Below, in pieces: positions 24,008 through 37,179 of a stretch of DNA of 64,000 nt. Each line of letters opens with the position of its first letter. Position 1 is the first letter of the stretch. The stretch comes from Octopus sinensis (taxonomy: Eukaryota). Below the pieces are notes generated by a model. That model saw only the letters and a program-made list of their open reading frames with translations, had not been told where the DNA came from and did not search any database. The stretch spans positions 62,001 through 126,000 of the forward strand of contig NW_021833228.1 of the NCBI RefSeq assembly GCF_006345805.1, written 5' to 3'. The position numbers were made by a program, and so were the translations under genes.

Positions 24008-27000
24008 GGCTGCCGCCCGGTTTTCGCGGTGCACCCGCCCTCCCATCCCCACCACCGGTACAGGAAGTCCTAAATTTTTCTCATCCTTGTCTCCCTTATA
24101 CACTCAAAGTCTTACGCCACCCCCCCTCCTTCCGTAAAAGGTAGTGGTCAGTCATTGCAAGATATGTTTAGTGTTGTATACGAGGTTTGAACTTAAGTTC
24201 CATTGTTTGTCTATGAATACTGCCAAACGCGAGTTTTCTTTCAGGTACATGACGCTATTAGGACCCATGCCACTTCCACCCCCACCCACAGCCTCAGGGT
24301 TGGCACCCTCAACGTCGGCACACTGAAAGGCAGATCTGGCGAGATAGTTGAATTGCTTGAACGGAGGTGGGTTGATATATGCTGCATTCAAGAATGAGGT
24401 GGAGAGGAGGTTCTGCTAGGTTCCTCACAGATGCAAAGGACAGAGGTACAAGATTTTCTGGGCTGGGAATACTGACGGAGTCGGGGGTGTGGGCATGCTT
24501 ATCGCCGAAAAATGGGTAGATAAGGTAATCGAGGTAGTCAGAGTAAGTGACAGAATAATTAAGATTAGATTAGTGCTCCACCATAGTTTAGCAACTATTA
24601 TCGGCCTATGCCCCTCAGCCAGGGCTACCTGATGGACAGAAAGACTGTTTCTATGACACCCTACTCTGCAGACCACATCATTGACGAACGACAGGACCTT
24701 CTCTTTGTGGCTGGTGACTTCAATGGGCATGTTGGACGACGTGCTGGGGGCTTCCATGGCGTACATGGAGGCTACGGTTATGGTTTCCCGCAACGAGGAG
24801 GGAACCAGGCTGCTGGAGTTCTGCGATGCGAATAGTCTTATGATTTGCAACACTAACTTCAGGAAACCGACAAGCCACCTGGTCACCTACCGATCGGGCC
24901 GGCATACTAGCCAAATCGACTACATCCTTGCCAGAAAAAGGAAAAATGGCTGCTTATAAATGCAAAACCTTCCCAGGTGAAGAATGCACCCCACAACATA
25001 GACTGGTAGTTAGTGACTTTAGGATCAGGACAAAGAGGGCGACTAGAAGACGACCAACATGGAGAAGAAGGGTCTGGAAGCTTAAAGACCCTGCGAATGG
25101 ACCAGATTTAGAGATATGTTATTTGAAGCCTTAGACGAAATGGAAGGGAGTATAGCTACGCATGGGGTAGAAGACAACTGGACGCTTCTAGGACAACCTG
25201 CTGAAAGCCGCTGACCAGATCTGTGGCTGGTGCAAAGTCCCCTTAAGACCCAAATAACGTGGTGGTGGAACAATATTGTTGACAGGGCTATTAGACAAAA
25301 AAACAGGCTTGGAAGGCCTGGAAGAACGGTGGTAGCAGGGAATTGTATCAGTCTGCCAGAAGGGAAGCCAGGAGACAGGTCTATCTAGCCAGAGGGGAGG
25401 CATAAGGAAAAATTTGCCAATGTCCTGCGTCGTGAGGATGAAAGACTTGAGGTATTTCGTGTTGCAAGACGTGTGTGAGAGAGAATCGTGACGTGGTAGG
25501 AGAGAAATGTGTTCGCATGAGGATGGTTCACTTGCGTTAAATGAGGATGCAAAGAGAGAAGCTTGGAGACGCCACTATGAAAGGTTGCTGAATGAGGAAA
25601 ATGAATGGGATAAAGAGAGTCTGCCGAATGTCGACCCAACAGAGAAGATAGTTGTGTGCAAAAGTGCTACACCCTAGCAGTGGAGGGAACCTGTGGAAGA
25701 GGTAGACCCAGGAAAACCTGGGACGAGGTGGTGAAGCACGACCTTCGAACTTTAGGTCTCACTAAGGAAATGTCTAGAGACCGAGACCTATGGAAGTATG
25801 CTGTGCATGAGAGACCCGGCAAGACTAGTCAGGCCATAACCCGTGGCCCCGACCGGGACGTAGTCAGTCCTGTGCATACCTTCCTTCTTGTGACACTTAT
25901 GAAGACCTGTTGAGGCAAGTGAAAATCAAATCAAATCAAAACAAATCAAAATAGATGAACATCAGTGGAATTGTATTCTTCGTGGTACCAGTGCCGGTGG
26001 CACACAAGAAAACCACCCAAACGTGGCCGTAACCAGTACCGCATCGACTGGCCTCCGTGCTGTGGGGCACAAACACACACCATCCGATCGTGGCCGTTCG
26101 CCAGCCTCATCTGGCACCTGTGCCGGTGGCACATAAGACACCATCCGAAGACCCGGCGACGTAGTCATCCACCTGTGCATACCTTCCCTCTTATGACACT
26201 TGTGAAGACCTGTTGAGGCAAGTGTGTGACACTTGTGAAGACCTGTTGAGGCAGAGGCAAGTGTGTGACACTTGTGGAGACCTGTTGAGGCAAGTGTGTG
26301 ACCCTTGTGAAGACCTGTTGAGGCAAGTGAAAATCAAACCAAATCAAAATAGATGAATATCAATGGAATTTGTATCTTTGTGGTTCCAGTACCGGTGGCA
26401 CACAAGAAACCATCCGAACGTGGCCGTCGACTGCCTCCGTGCTGTGGGCACAACAAACACCATCTGATCGTGGCCGTTCGCCAGCCTCACCTGGCACCTG
26501 TGTCGGTGGCACATAAAAACACCACCACCATCCAAGACCCGGCGACGTAGTCATCCACCTGTGCTTACCTTCCCTCTTATGACACTTGTGAAGACCTGTT
26601 GAGGCAGAGGCAAGTGTGTGACACTTGTGAAGACCTGTTGAGGCAGAGGCAAGTGTGTGACACTTGTGGAGACCTGTTGAGGCAAGTGTGTGACACGCGT
26701 GACACTTGTGAAGACCTGTTGAGGCAAGTGAAAATCAAACCAAATCAAAATAGATGAACATCAATGGAATTTGTATCTTTGTGGTTCCAGTACCGGTGGC
26801 ACACAAGAAAACCATCATCGATGGTGGCCGTTCGCCAGCCACATCTGGCACCTGTGTCGGTGGCACATAAAGACCCATCCGAGACCCGGCGACTAGACAG
26901 TCCCCTATGCATACCTTCCTTCTTGTGACACTTGTGAAGACCTGTTGAGGCAAGTGAAAATCAATCAAATCAATCAAATCAATCAAATCAAAACAAATCA

Positions 27001-27478
27001 AAATAGATGAACATAAATGGAATTTGTATCTTTGTGGTACCAGTGCCGGTGGCACACAAGAAATCATCCGAACGTGGCCGTAGCCAGTACCGCATAGACT
27101 GGCCTCCGTGCTTTGGGGACGTAACAAACACCATCCGATCGTGGCCGTCCGCCAGCCTCATCTGGCACCTGTGTCGGTGGCACATAAAAACACCATCCGA
27201 GCGTGGCCGTCTGCCAGCCTCGTCTGGCACCTGTGTCGGTGGCACATAAAAACACCATCCGAGCGTGGCCGTTCGCCAGCCTCGTCTGGCACCTGTGTCG
27301 GTGGCACATAAAATCACCCACTACACTCTCGGAGTGGTTGGCGTTAGGAAGGGCATCCAGCTGTAGAAACACTGCCAATCTGACTGGCCTGGTGCAGCCT
27401 TCGGGCTCCCCAGACCCCAGTTGAACCGTCCAACCCATGCTAGCATGGAAAACGGACGCTAAATGATGATGATGATGA
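24008..27478 (+). mobile_element. Internally deleted RTE LINE (5' UTR + APE joined to 3' end, no RT core)
   Basis: 5' motif ttcgcggtgcacc shared with 18692; APE with many indels. Junction cagag|aagatag at 25644/25645 skips about 1486 bp relative to the 55715 copy. Same tandem 3' UTR; (GAT)n tail. Confidence 0.9.
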
Positions 27479-27759
27479 ACACAACAACGCTTCCCTTACG
27501 AGGAACCAACAAACGTGATAACAATAGTTAAACAGTAATAATAATAACAACAAACCTTCAAGAAGGTGAATCAAAAAGCAATACGCAGTTGAAGCTATAG
27601 TCCTTTATGTATAAGAATTAAACCAACCGCATTACTCAGTAGAAGCGGCTGTTCGAGAAAACAGACATTACATACAGCCAAACTTCATATAGATGCTTAA
27701 TGCTAGCTAATTAGCATATAATCTAATGTAAAAGCTGTGGTAAAAGGTATGTGCGCAGC

Positions 27760-28180
27760 TCCATCTGGACTATTCCATTTCTGCACTTAAATTTTATTTT
27801 TTATTTATTCCCATTCATGTGAAACCACTTATTCAAGTTCAAATCATTGATGCAATTTTATACCAATTGCTATTTTTACTTTTGTTGTTACGATTATATT
27901 ATACTTTAGTTTGATTTTAATTATTACTTACTACATATAATTCAATGGTTATTATTATTTTTATTGTTAAAGTGAAAGTATCTGACATAAAATAGAGAAA
28001 CGATTTTGTTTCACTTTTACACGTAATACTGAAATAGTGGAGAAGATATGATATTGCTATGGGGCTCGCTCTAGGCAAGAAGTTGAACATTTTTTTTTGC
28101 CACGAAACTACATGACCCTAATAAGGCATGTGTAAAATTTGAATGAAAGGTTGTGTAGTTCTCAAGTTTTAGGGAAACAC
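27760..28180 (-). mobile_element. Helitron-like non-autonomous repeat
   Basis: Reverse complement of 42430-42858 and homologous to 12125-12475. Confidence 0.55.
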
Positions 28181-28354
28181 AGATTACATGTAATATGTAC
28201 ACATATATATACACATATATACATGCACTAGCACTATGACCTGGCAAGATGAGTCATAATGCTAGTATACATATATAGATGTACATGTAATATGTACACA
28301 TATATATGCACATATATACACCCATACACACACACACCACACACACACATACAT

Positions 28355-28700
28355 AGGTGCAGGTGTGGCTGTGTGCTAACAATTTGGTTCCAAACACATG
28401 GTCCTCAGCTCAGTCCCACTGAGTGGTAACTTGGCATGTGTCTTCTGCTATAGCCTGAAACCAACCAAAGCCTTGCCAGGGAATTTTGTAGACAGAAACT
28501 GAAACAAATTAATCGTATATATATGTATGTATATATGTAAGTCTATGTGTGTGTCTTTGTGTTTCTCCTCATCACTGCCTCACAACTGGTGTTCGTTTAT
28601 TTACTTTCCCGTAACTTACTTGTTTCACAAGAAGAAGCTGATAGAGTAAGTACCAGGCTTATCAAAATAAAAAAAGCACTAGGCAGTGTCTCATATTTTG
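28355..28700 (+). mobile_element. Degenerate tRNA-derived SINE
   Basis: A-box-like gtggctgtgtgctaa and decayed B-box ctcagtccc; central TA/GT microsatellite; inverted near-identical copy at about 61075-61415. Confidence 0.65.
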
Positions 28701-28734
28701 TGTTTGCCCACTCAGTTGTATCTATCAATTTATC

Positions 28735-28812
<78 letters not shown>

Positions 28813-28836
28813 TATATATATATAATATATACACAT

Positions 28837-30660
28837 AGTATATTTATCAAAATAAAAACATGATGCAAAGATTTAGCGGTACTTATGTTTCTGGCTTTTA
28901 TTAGACGGTTTATATCAATGCATAATTGATGTAATTTGTATGTCTCTCTAGTGCTGGGTATACCCAGAGAATATCCTATGTAGACCCACTAGGAACGCCC
29001 GTCAGCTGTAAAACTCCCACTTATAAATGAACTCCGAATTCCAGAGCTACTCATTTAAGATCTAAACAAATTCGACTAACGCAAATAGTGCTAGTGCATG
29101 TATATATGTGTATATATATATATGTACATATTACATGTAAATCTGTGTCTTTCCCTAACGCAAATTCTAATTTAATTTCTAACAGGACTAAGCAACTTAT
29201 AGAAAGAAGGCGAACCAATGGAATAGTACGCAATGAAAACCCTTCCGACGAGAGTAACACCGATCATACTAGGGGGGATAGGGACGGAAACAGTAGATTA
29301 CGTAATTATATATAGGACAACATACCATACAACATAGCGGTTAGGGGTAAATTATGTAAGAAAATATTCTCTATTATTTCCAGCAACTTCCCACCTACCC
29401 ATGAATATAGAAGCATCTCCTCTAACAAAACCATTAGGATTTCCTACTCTACCCTGTCCAACATGGGCTGCCTCATAGCTAAGCATAACAATATTAACAT
29501 CAGAAAAGCTAGATTAGGAACAAGTTATTATGACCAATGGAACCCCAATCATCCAGGCAGTAGTCAATATAATTCGGCCGGCAACCATAATACCCGAACC
29601 GCTAGTAACAACACTCGTCCCCCCAACAGAAGCAGCACTACACCCATCAACAATATACCTCATGAGGATAACATTGCTCCTACACTTAATAATAATAATT
29701 ACAACGCTGAACACAGTTCCAACAATATAGACCAAAACAACTTAGGCAACACCAACAGTGAGAGTAACAGTATCAGTGACGAGACGACTAACGGTACTTC
29801 CACCCACCACAGTAGCTACCCCTACAATAACCATACACTAAATACCTCCCCTAGGACTAATAGCACTCGACCAGGAAGTGCAATGTCCAGATGCAACTGC
29901 ATAAGTGCATCCGAATGTCTGTTACGTGGAGAGTGTCGGGCTAAAAACATAATCTATTCATGTGAGATAAGTACCCAGTTTAACACACTCACCTACATAG
30001 GTTGCTCGTCCGTCTGGAAATCCAGATACTACAACCACTGGTCTTCTTTTAGGCATAGACACAAGGCTAGCAGCACCTCCCTATCTAGAAAAATTGGGGA
30101 GTTAAAAGACAATAGCATAGTTTTTAACCTCAGGTGGTCCATTATAGGATCAGCTGCACCTTATTTAAATAATAGAACAGGGTGCCAGCTATGTTGCGTG
30201 GAACTCCTGAATATCATTAAATTCAAGGAAAAACGCAAACTAATTAATAAAAGATCCGAATTCAAGCCTTCTTGTATACATAGACTAACCAAAACCTTCA
30301 AATACTACAAAGCTTAGGCCCTTATACTTACTCCCCCATACAATATCCTCCCATCCAATTACAACTTGTTAACTCCTGCACATCCCGGTTTTTTCCTATA
30401 TCTATTTCCATTTCTAACTTTGGTGTTGAGCCCACACCCTTGAACTCCGCTTCCAACTCCTTCACTTATGACTACTCCATAATTTCCCCCCCTCCCTGCC
30501 TTTGTTTTCCTGCCTTTTCCTGGATCGTTAACTTTACACTCACCTTTTATTTTTACCTTCATTTCATTTTAATCTTTATTTGAATATTTTTATTTTTATC
30601 TCTACTTTATTTTATCTCTATTTTGTTTCTATTTCCTTATATGTTTATTTATATATATAT
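28837..30660 (+). mobile_element. 5'-truncated Penelope-like element (RT C-terminus + C-terminal GIY-YIG) preceded by an inverted pseudo-LTR piece
   Basis: NIPYN...NFPPTHEYRSI...TIRISYSTLSNMG, then CNC...C...IIY...TYIG...RYYNH...SLS...CQLC..E...INKRSE...CIH. 28837-28944 is the reverse complement of 35344-35452. Abuts (TA)n. Confidence 0.85.
29463..30317 (+). CDS. Penelope-like ORF C-terminus: N/S/T-rich linker + GIY-YIG endonuclease
   Basis: 284-aa open frame with a CxCx5C linker motif and a CxxCxxE motif. The upstream RT-thumb part has an in-frame TAG. Confidence 0.8.
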   Translation: MGCLIAKHNNINIRKARLGTSYYDQWNPNHPGSSQYNSAGNHNTRTASNNTRPPNRSSTTPINNIPHEDNIAPTLNNNNYNAEHSSNNIDQNNLGNTNSESNSISDETTNGTSTHHSSYPYNNHTLNTSPRTNSTRPGSAMSRCNCISASECLLRGECRAKNIIYSCEISTQFNTLTYIGCSSVWKSRYYNHWSSFRHRHKASSTSLSRKIGELKDNSIVFNLRWSIIGSAAPYLNNRTGCQLCCVELLNIIKFKEKRKLINKRSEFKPSCIHRLTKTFKYYKA

Positions 30661-33426
30661 CATCATCATCATCATCATTAGCGTCCGTTTCCCATGCTAG
30701 CATGGGTTGGACGGTTCAATTGGGGTCTGGGAAGCCAGAAGGCTTCATCAGGCCCAGTCAGATCTGGCAGTGTTTTCTACGGCTGGATGCCCTTCCTAAC
30801 GCCAACCACTCCGTGAGTGTAGTGGGTGCTTTTTACACGTGCCCCCGCACAGTGGCCAGACAGAGCTGGCAAACTGCCACGAACGGATGGTGCTTTTTAC
30901 GTGCCACCGGCACGAGGCCGTCGGGGCGGCGCTGGCAACGGTCACGAACGGATGGTTCTCTTACATGCCACCGGCACTGGTAACTCATCTGCAATTTCAT
31001 TGATCGATTTCGATTCTGATCCTCACTTGCCTCAACAGGTCTTCACAAGTAGAGTTTTGTGTCCCAAGAAGGGAAGGTATGCATACATAGGCTGGCTCCA
31101 TCCCATGTAGAAGGCCACGGGTTATGGTCTCAGCACACTTCCAAAGGTCTCGGTCTCTAGTCATTTCCTCAGTGAGACCTAAAGTTCGAAGGTCGTGCTT
31201 CACCACCTCGTCCCAGGTTTTCCTGGGTCTACCTCTTCCTCAGGTTCCCTCAACCGCTAGGGTGTGGCACTTTTTCACACAACTATCTTCATCCATTCTC
31301 GCCACATGCCCATACCAGCGCAAACGTCTCTCTTGCACACCACAACTGATGCTTCTTAGGTCCAGCTTTTCTCTCAAGGTACTTACACTCTGCCGAGTAT
31401 GAGTACTGACATTACACATCCATCGGAGCATACTGGCTTCATTTCTTGCGAGCTTACGCATATCCTCAGCAGTCACGGCCCATGTTTCACTGCCATGTAG
31501 CATGGCTGTTCGTACACATGCATCATACAGTCTGCCTTTTACTCTGTGCGAGAGGCCTTTTGTCACCAGCAGAGGTAAGAGCTCTCTAAACTTTGCCCAA
31601 GCTATTCTTACTCTAGCAGTTACACTTTCAGCACACCCGCCCCCGCTGCTGACTTGGTCACCTAGGTAACGGAAGCTATCAACTATTTCTAGTTTTTCTC
31701 CCTGGAAAGTGACGGAAGTTGGTCTCAGAGCATTTTCGGTGTTTATTGCTCCTGAGCATCTCACATACAAAAACCATCTTCCTAGTTAGCCTTCCTTTGA
31801 CATTGCTGCACCTCTTATGTGTCCATAGCTTACACTTGGTGCATCTTATAGAGTTTCTACCTACACCTTTTCTACAGATCGAGCAAGGCCATCTACCTGA
31901 AGGCGTTTGTGATTTGTCTACCTTCCTCCTGATTACGACTTTGGTTTTAGCTAGATTGACTCTAAGGCCCTTCGATTCTAATCCTTGTTTCCACACTTGA
32001 AACTTCTCCTCCAGTTCTGGTAGTGACTCAGCAATTAGAGCAAGGTCATCAGCATAGAGGAGCTCCCAGGGGCATCCTGTCTTGAATTCCTCCGTTATTG
32101 CCTGGAGAACTATGATAAATAGGAGGGGGCTGAGGACTGAACTTTGGTGAACCCTTACCTCTACTCTGAATTCTTCAGTGTACTCAATGCCAACCCTCAC
32201 CTTACTGACAGCATCCCTGTACATGGCTCGCACCACTCTCACTAACCATTCATCTATCCCTAGTTTCCTCATTGACCACCAGATAAGGGATCGGGGGACC
32301 CTGTCGAAGGCTTTCTCCATGTCAACAAAAGCCAGGTACAGGGGCTTATCTTTGGCTAGTATTTCTCCTGCAGCTGTCTTACCAGGAATATAGCATCAGT
32401 GTACTTTTCCCTGGCACGAACCCAAACTGCATCTCATCTAAACTAACTCTCTCTCTAATTAGTTGGGCTATGACCCTCTCCATAACCTTCATCACCTGAT
32501 CCAACAGCTTGATACCTCTGTAATTATTTGTATCTAGGGTGTCACCTTTACCTTTGTAGCAGTTGACTATTATGCTGCTACACCATTGGGTATGACTCCT
32601 TTGTGTTTCACCTGGTGAACTATATGGGTGACTAGGCTATAACTGACACTACCAGATATTTTGAGCATCTCTGCAGTGATTCCTGATGGGCCTGGGGCTT
32701 TCCCTGTCTTCATACTTCTAATTGCCTTATCTTCCAAGGTACTGTCAACTCGGATAGCTGGTCCCTCTGTTGGGTCAACATTCGGCAGACTCTCTTTATC
32801 CCATTCATTTTCTTTATTCAGCAACCTTTCATAGTGACGTCTCCAAACCTCTCTCTTTGCATCCTCATTTAGCGCAAGTGAACCATCATCCATGCAAACA
32901 CATTTCTTTCCTACCACATCACCATTCTCTCTCACACACTGTCTGGTAACATGAAATACCTCCAGTCTTTGGTCCTCATGGCACAGAACATTGGCAAATT
33001 TTTTCTTATCTGCTTCCCCTCTGGCTAAATAAACCTGTCTCCTAGCTTCCCTTCTGGCAGTCTGATACAATTCCCTGGTACCACCGTTCTTCCAGACCTT
33101 CCAAGCCTGTCTCTTTTGTCTAAAAGCCCTGTCTACAACATTGTTCCACCACCACATTATTTTGGGTCTTGAGGGGACTTTGCACCAGCCACAGATCTGG
33201 TCAGTGGCTCTCAGCAGGTTGTCCCTTAGAAACGTCCAGTTGTCTTCTACCCCCTGTGATGCTCTATCCCCTTCTACTTCGTCAAAGGCTTCAAGTAATA
33301 TGTCTCTAAATCTCTGTCCATTTGCAGGATCTTTAAGCTTCCAGATCCTTCTTCTCCATATTGGTCATCTTCTGGTTGTCCTTCCTAGTCCTGATCCTAA
33401 AGTCACTACCAGTCTATGTTGTGGGG
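30659..33426 (-). mobile_element. 5'-truncated RTE LINE nested in the Penelope-like element 3' region
   Basis: (CAT)n at 30661; minus-strand ORFs with EKAFDRVP, YADD, WPCSICRKG and RLRWYGHV. Confidence 0.92.
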
Positions 33427-33869
33427 TACACATATATATATACATTCTATTATACTTTCTCACTTTCATGTTTTTTTACTTTCATGTCTATCTGTTTTTG
33501 TCCATTATAATTTCATAATCTCCATTCATTCTAACTAGTGCTCAATTTAATGTCCCCTATTCTTATTTTAATTTTTATTTTATTCTAATTTTATTTTTGT
33601 TCTTATCCCTTCTCCAATTTTTTTCTTTGTCTCTTTCTTGTCTTTCTTTTCTGATTTAACCGTACACCTCTTTAACTTGCTAATTACTCACTTATAATAT
33701 ACTTACAATGGTTTGCAACCGTCACACCACTCGGAGACAGACATTTAGAATACGTAGGTTCCTTTTGCGTGTGTGCGGGAATGAATCTTTGGACGCATAG
33801 GTGAGGAGACCTGTATACTTCATGCGTTACACGTACCCCCGCACGGTAGTATATGCCTGTGAAGGCGCA

Positions 33870-34670
33870 CACACTTTAGCGCACGTACGTGTAGATGCGA
33901 GCACAAGCATATATGTGCATGTCAGTATGTCCATGTGTGTGCGGGTAGTGGTGGGCGTATATACACGTTTGTATAGGTGTGTACGCAGGTACGTATATGA
34001 ATTTGTTTATATATGTGTGTGTGTGTGTGTGTACGTATACTTATACGTGTGTAGGTATGTGCACTTGTGCGTGTGTGTGTGTAGTTATATGTGTATACGT
34101 ATGTATACTTGTATGCGCATTTCTAATTCCTCCTTGTCCGAGTGCATGGAGGTGCGCATGCACGTGTGTAGGCATGCGAATGAATATACCTGTTTCTATG
34201 CATATGCATATATGCATATTTTGGTGTATATGCATAGGGATTTACTTCCTCATGTGTGTGAGTGTGTGTCTATACATATTTTTGTGTATATACATTGAGA
34301 TTTACTTTCTCGTGTGTGTATGTGTGTATGTACATGTATGTGTATACGTACGTATGCGCATGGGTTTTTGTACCCAACTACATGCCCTTTTCCCGTATGT
34401 ATGTGTATATTGAGATATTTATGTATGTGCGCATATACGTATATAAGTGTGTAGATGTGCGGGCTTGATATATGTACGTGTGAGTATGTATTTGTATGTA
34501 TACGAGTGCGTCTGCAGAGGCGTGTTAATGTATATGCTTTTATGTATTTAGTTTGTGCGGGTTTAGGTATATGTGTATCCCTGTCGGTACTTTTACACGA
34601 AAGTATGTATGTATATATACGTGTGGATGTGTATATGTTTGCATGTGTGTACGTGTGTACATGTTGACCG
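33870..34670. repeat. Degenerate (GT/AT)-rich compound microsatellite
   Basis: Alternating purine-pyrimidine gtgtgtat/gtac tract of about 800 bp. Confidence 0.85.
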
Positions 34671-34769
34671 TTAGTCCCAGACAATTTACGAAAAAGTAGA
34701 TAAACTATTTAGCCACAAACCAGACAACCTATATTGACCATCTACTTGGTCTCCAGATAATTAAGTTAA

Positions 34770-35520
34770 TTTATGACACCCGCCTTCAGCTTCAACAACC
34801 GGAATATGTCTTTTCTGTACCTTTATCTTCCATCCACCCCTCTATATTTCTTCATCCCTTTATATTTTATTTTTATTTTTATTTTTTTATTTTTTATCCT
34901 TATTTTTTTCATCTATATTTTTCGCTTCTTTATCATTATCTCTATTTATTTATATTCCCATGTTTTTTTCACGTTTTTGTGTACTTATATATTTATATAC
35001 TTATATACTTTTTTTATATTTTTATGTTTTATATTTTTTTACTTTTTACTCTTTTTTAATTTTTTACTCTTTTACTACATTTTGCACCTACTACTCTCCT
35101 CCTTTGTCATCCCTAACTCATTAAAGATTCACCCCCCAACCCCTCCCCTCTCTATCTCAACATCCAATCTCCTCATTCTACACCGAGTGAAAAACGGGAT
35201 GGACGCTTCGATTTTGTTTTGGTGCCTCGCTCTATTGTACAGGACTATGAGGATTTGCATCCCCAACGTAAATCGTCTTTTTCCCAAACTAATGTAATAC
35301 ATGTCCTTGGAGTAGTAATTGTGCGCGGCTGAAGAAGGCTACTGACATACATATTACATCAATTATGCATTGATATAAACTGTCTAATAAAAACTAGAAA
35401 CATATGTACCGCTAAATCCTTTGCATCATGTTTTTATTTTGATAAATATACTCTATCACCTACACCACTAAACGGCATATACAGGTGCTTACAATTATCA
35501 AGTATTCACCCTGAATATAC
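34770..35520 (+). mobile_element. Penelope-like pseudo-LTR / 3' end
   Basis: T-rich then C-rich tract, hammerhead motif, and terminal ggcatatacaggtgcttaca.ttatcaagtattcaccctgaatata shared (inverted) with 41886-41930. Confidence 0.7.
35325..35412 (+). ncRNA. Type I hammerhead ribozyme motif with long helix II
   Basis: GCGG-CTGAAGA-(61 nt incl. ttacatcaat/attgatataa hairpin)-GAAA-CATATG-T-A-CCGC: palindromic ACATATGT, GUA triplet. The base of helix II is degenerate in this copy. Confidence 0.7.
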
Positions 35521-35534
35521 ATGTATGTATATGT

Positions 35535-37179
35535 GTACATTCGTATTCATTATATCAAAGACAATGTCTTTATGTGTTCATGTATTACTTATACATTCGA
35601 AAACTGCTGCACCGATCCTAATGAAATTTGGAACACAAAATCGAAGCCTAGGGGGAAGGGTAATGCTGTGTGTTTCATACAATTTCATGGATCCTTATGA
35701 TATTTGAAACTTAGATTCAATGCATAAGGGTGGGTATAATGTAATATGTTTGGTTTGAATTTCAGATGGCTTAAAGAGGGCAGAACTCCCGATGAAGATT
35801 CATAAATTTTCGATGTTGATGAAATTTCATCCATGGGAATTGACACATCAAGAAGTATTCTCAAAGTTTCCACTTCATATGAGGATTCTAACACCCTAAT
35901 GGGGGCCTTAACTCCCAAATTTTAGTCATTTCTTTTATGATCCAAAACTAGGTCAAAAGTACTGAATGGATCTTTATGAAATTTGGAAATTATATTCTAT
36001 GCATAAGGGCCATAAACCCCATAACAATTCATATATTTTTGCTGTTGATGAAATTTTAACCATGGATATTAGACACAAATGAAGTAATATTTATAAAATT
36101 TCATCTTCTTACAAGTTAGAAAGACCCACAATTTTGTCATTTTATCTAAGCAAAAACGAATGCAGTTGTGCTCTTGGAAGCTGTAGGGTTACCTGAGCAT
36201 AAAAGTTGGGCGTTATTTGTAATTCAATGGTACAACAGTGTAACAGTTTGCTTTGACATACACTTACATTGTGATTTCTGCAATGTGCTGCATAAAATGT
36301 CAGGTAAATGAGAGGCATCTTTGCCTCGACTGATTCAGTTGCAAAGTGTTGAGTAAAGTTATTTGATTGCAAACCTCCTTTCAGTCTTTTTATTACCACT
36401 GGGTCACACATAGTCCCTAGATGATAACATTGATTTCAAGGCCTTCCCAGATGAGTGACTGGTTATTCAAAGACATTTATAGATTGTAAATTTATTCTGT
36501 CCAGTTATGTATCAGTATAGTGGTCATTTGCAAACTCCAACTTTCATTTCTCCTTAGCCCTCACGTTACACAGTTGTTAATGTTTATTTCAGTTGGGTCA
36601 CACCCTTCCAATTGCTATAGATTCATAATGCATCTTTCAGCTGTGCCTGTCACCTGGATGGTGAGGAATCCTATATTGGGAGTGGTAACGACTAGGGTAG
36701 GGTAACTGACTGCTTATTGTGATCATTCTTCTTTTGGTTTCCTGTAGCTTTGCTCTCTTTTACAAACCCAGTGAACATATATTTCCCATTTCAAAGAAAT
36801 TCAAACAATAGATATAAGACCCAAATTAAAAAGATTCTCAACAATTCAACTTCTCTGGTTGACATTAAGACACTCACTCCCAACAGGGGCCTTAACTCTC
36901 ACATTTTAGAGCTCCATGACCTTCATTTTTCAGGAGCAAACTCTTTTTAACAGGTTCAATAAGACTGGAATTTTGGAATATGCACATGGAAAATCACTAG
37001 TATGGGATACATGTGACATGATTACAATTTTTTTAGGTTGTGTAAAGAGGGAAATAACCATCATCTGCAATTTTGATGAAATTCGAAACACAGATATTCC
37101 AGTTCATTGCAGAATATATAACAGAAAAGTCTAATTCTTCAATCGAATGTAACCGGGCAACACCGGGTATCTCTGCTAG
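35535..37179 (+). mobile_element. Non-autonomous Helitron-like element
   Basis: 3' ccgg-gcaaca-ccgg hairpin then CTAG (37176-37179) followed by T. The 5' boundary is approximate. Confidence 0.55.
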
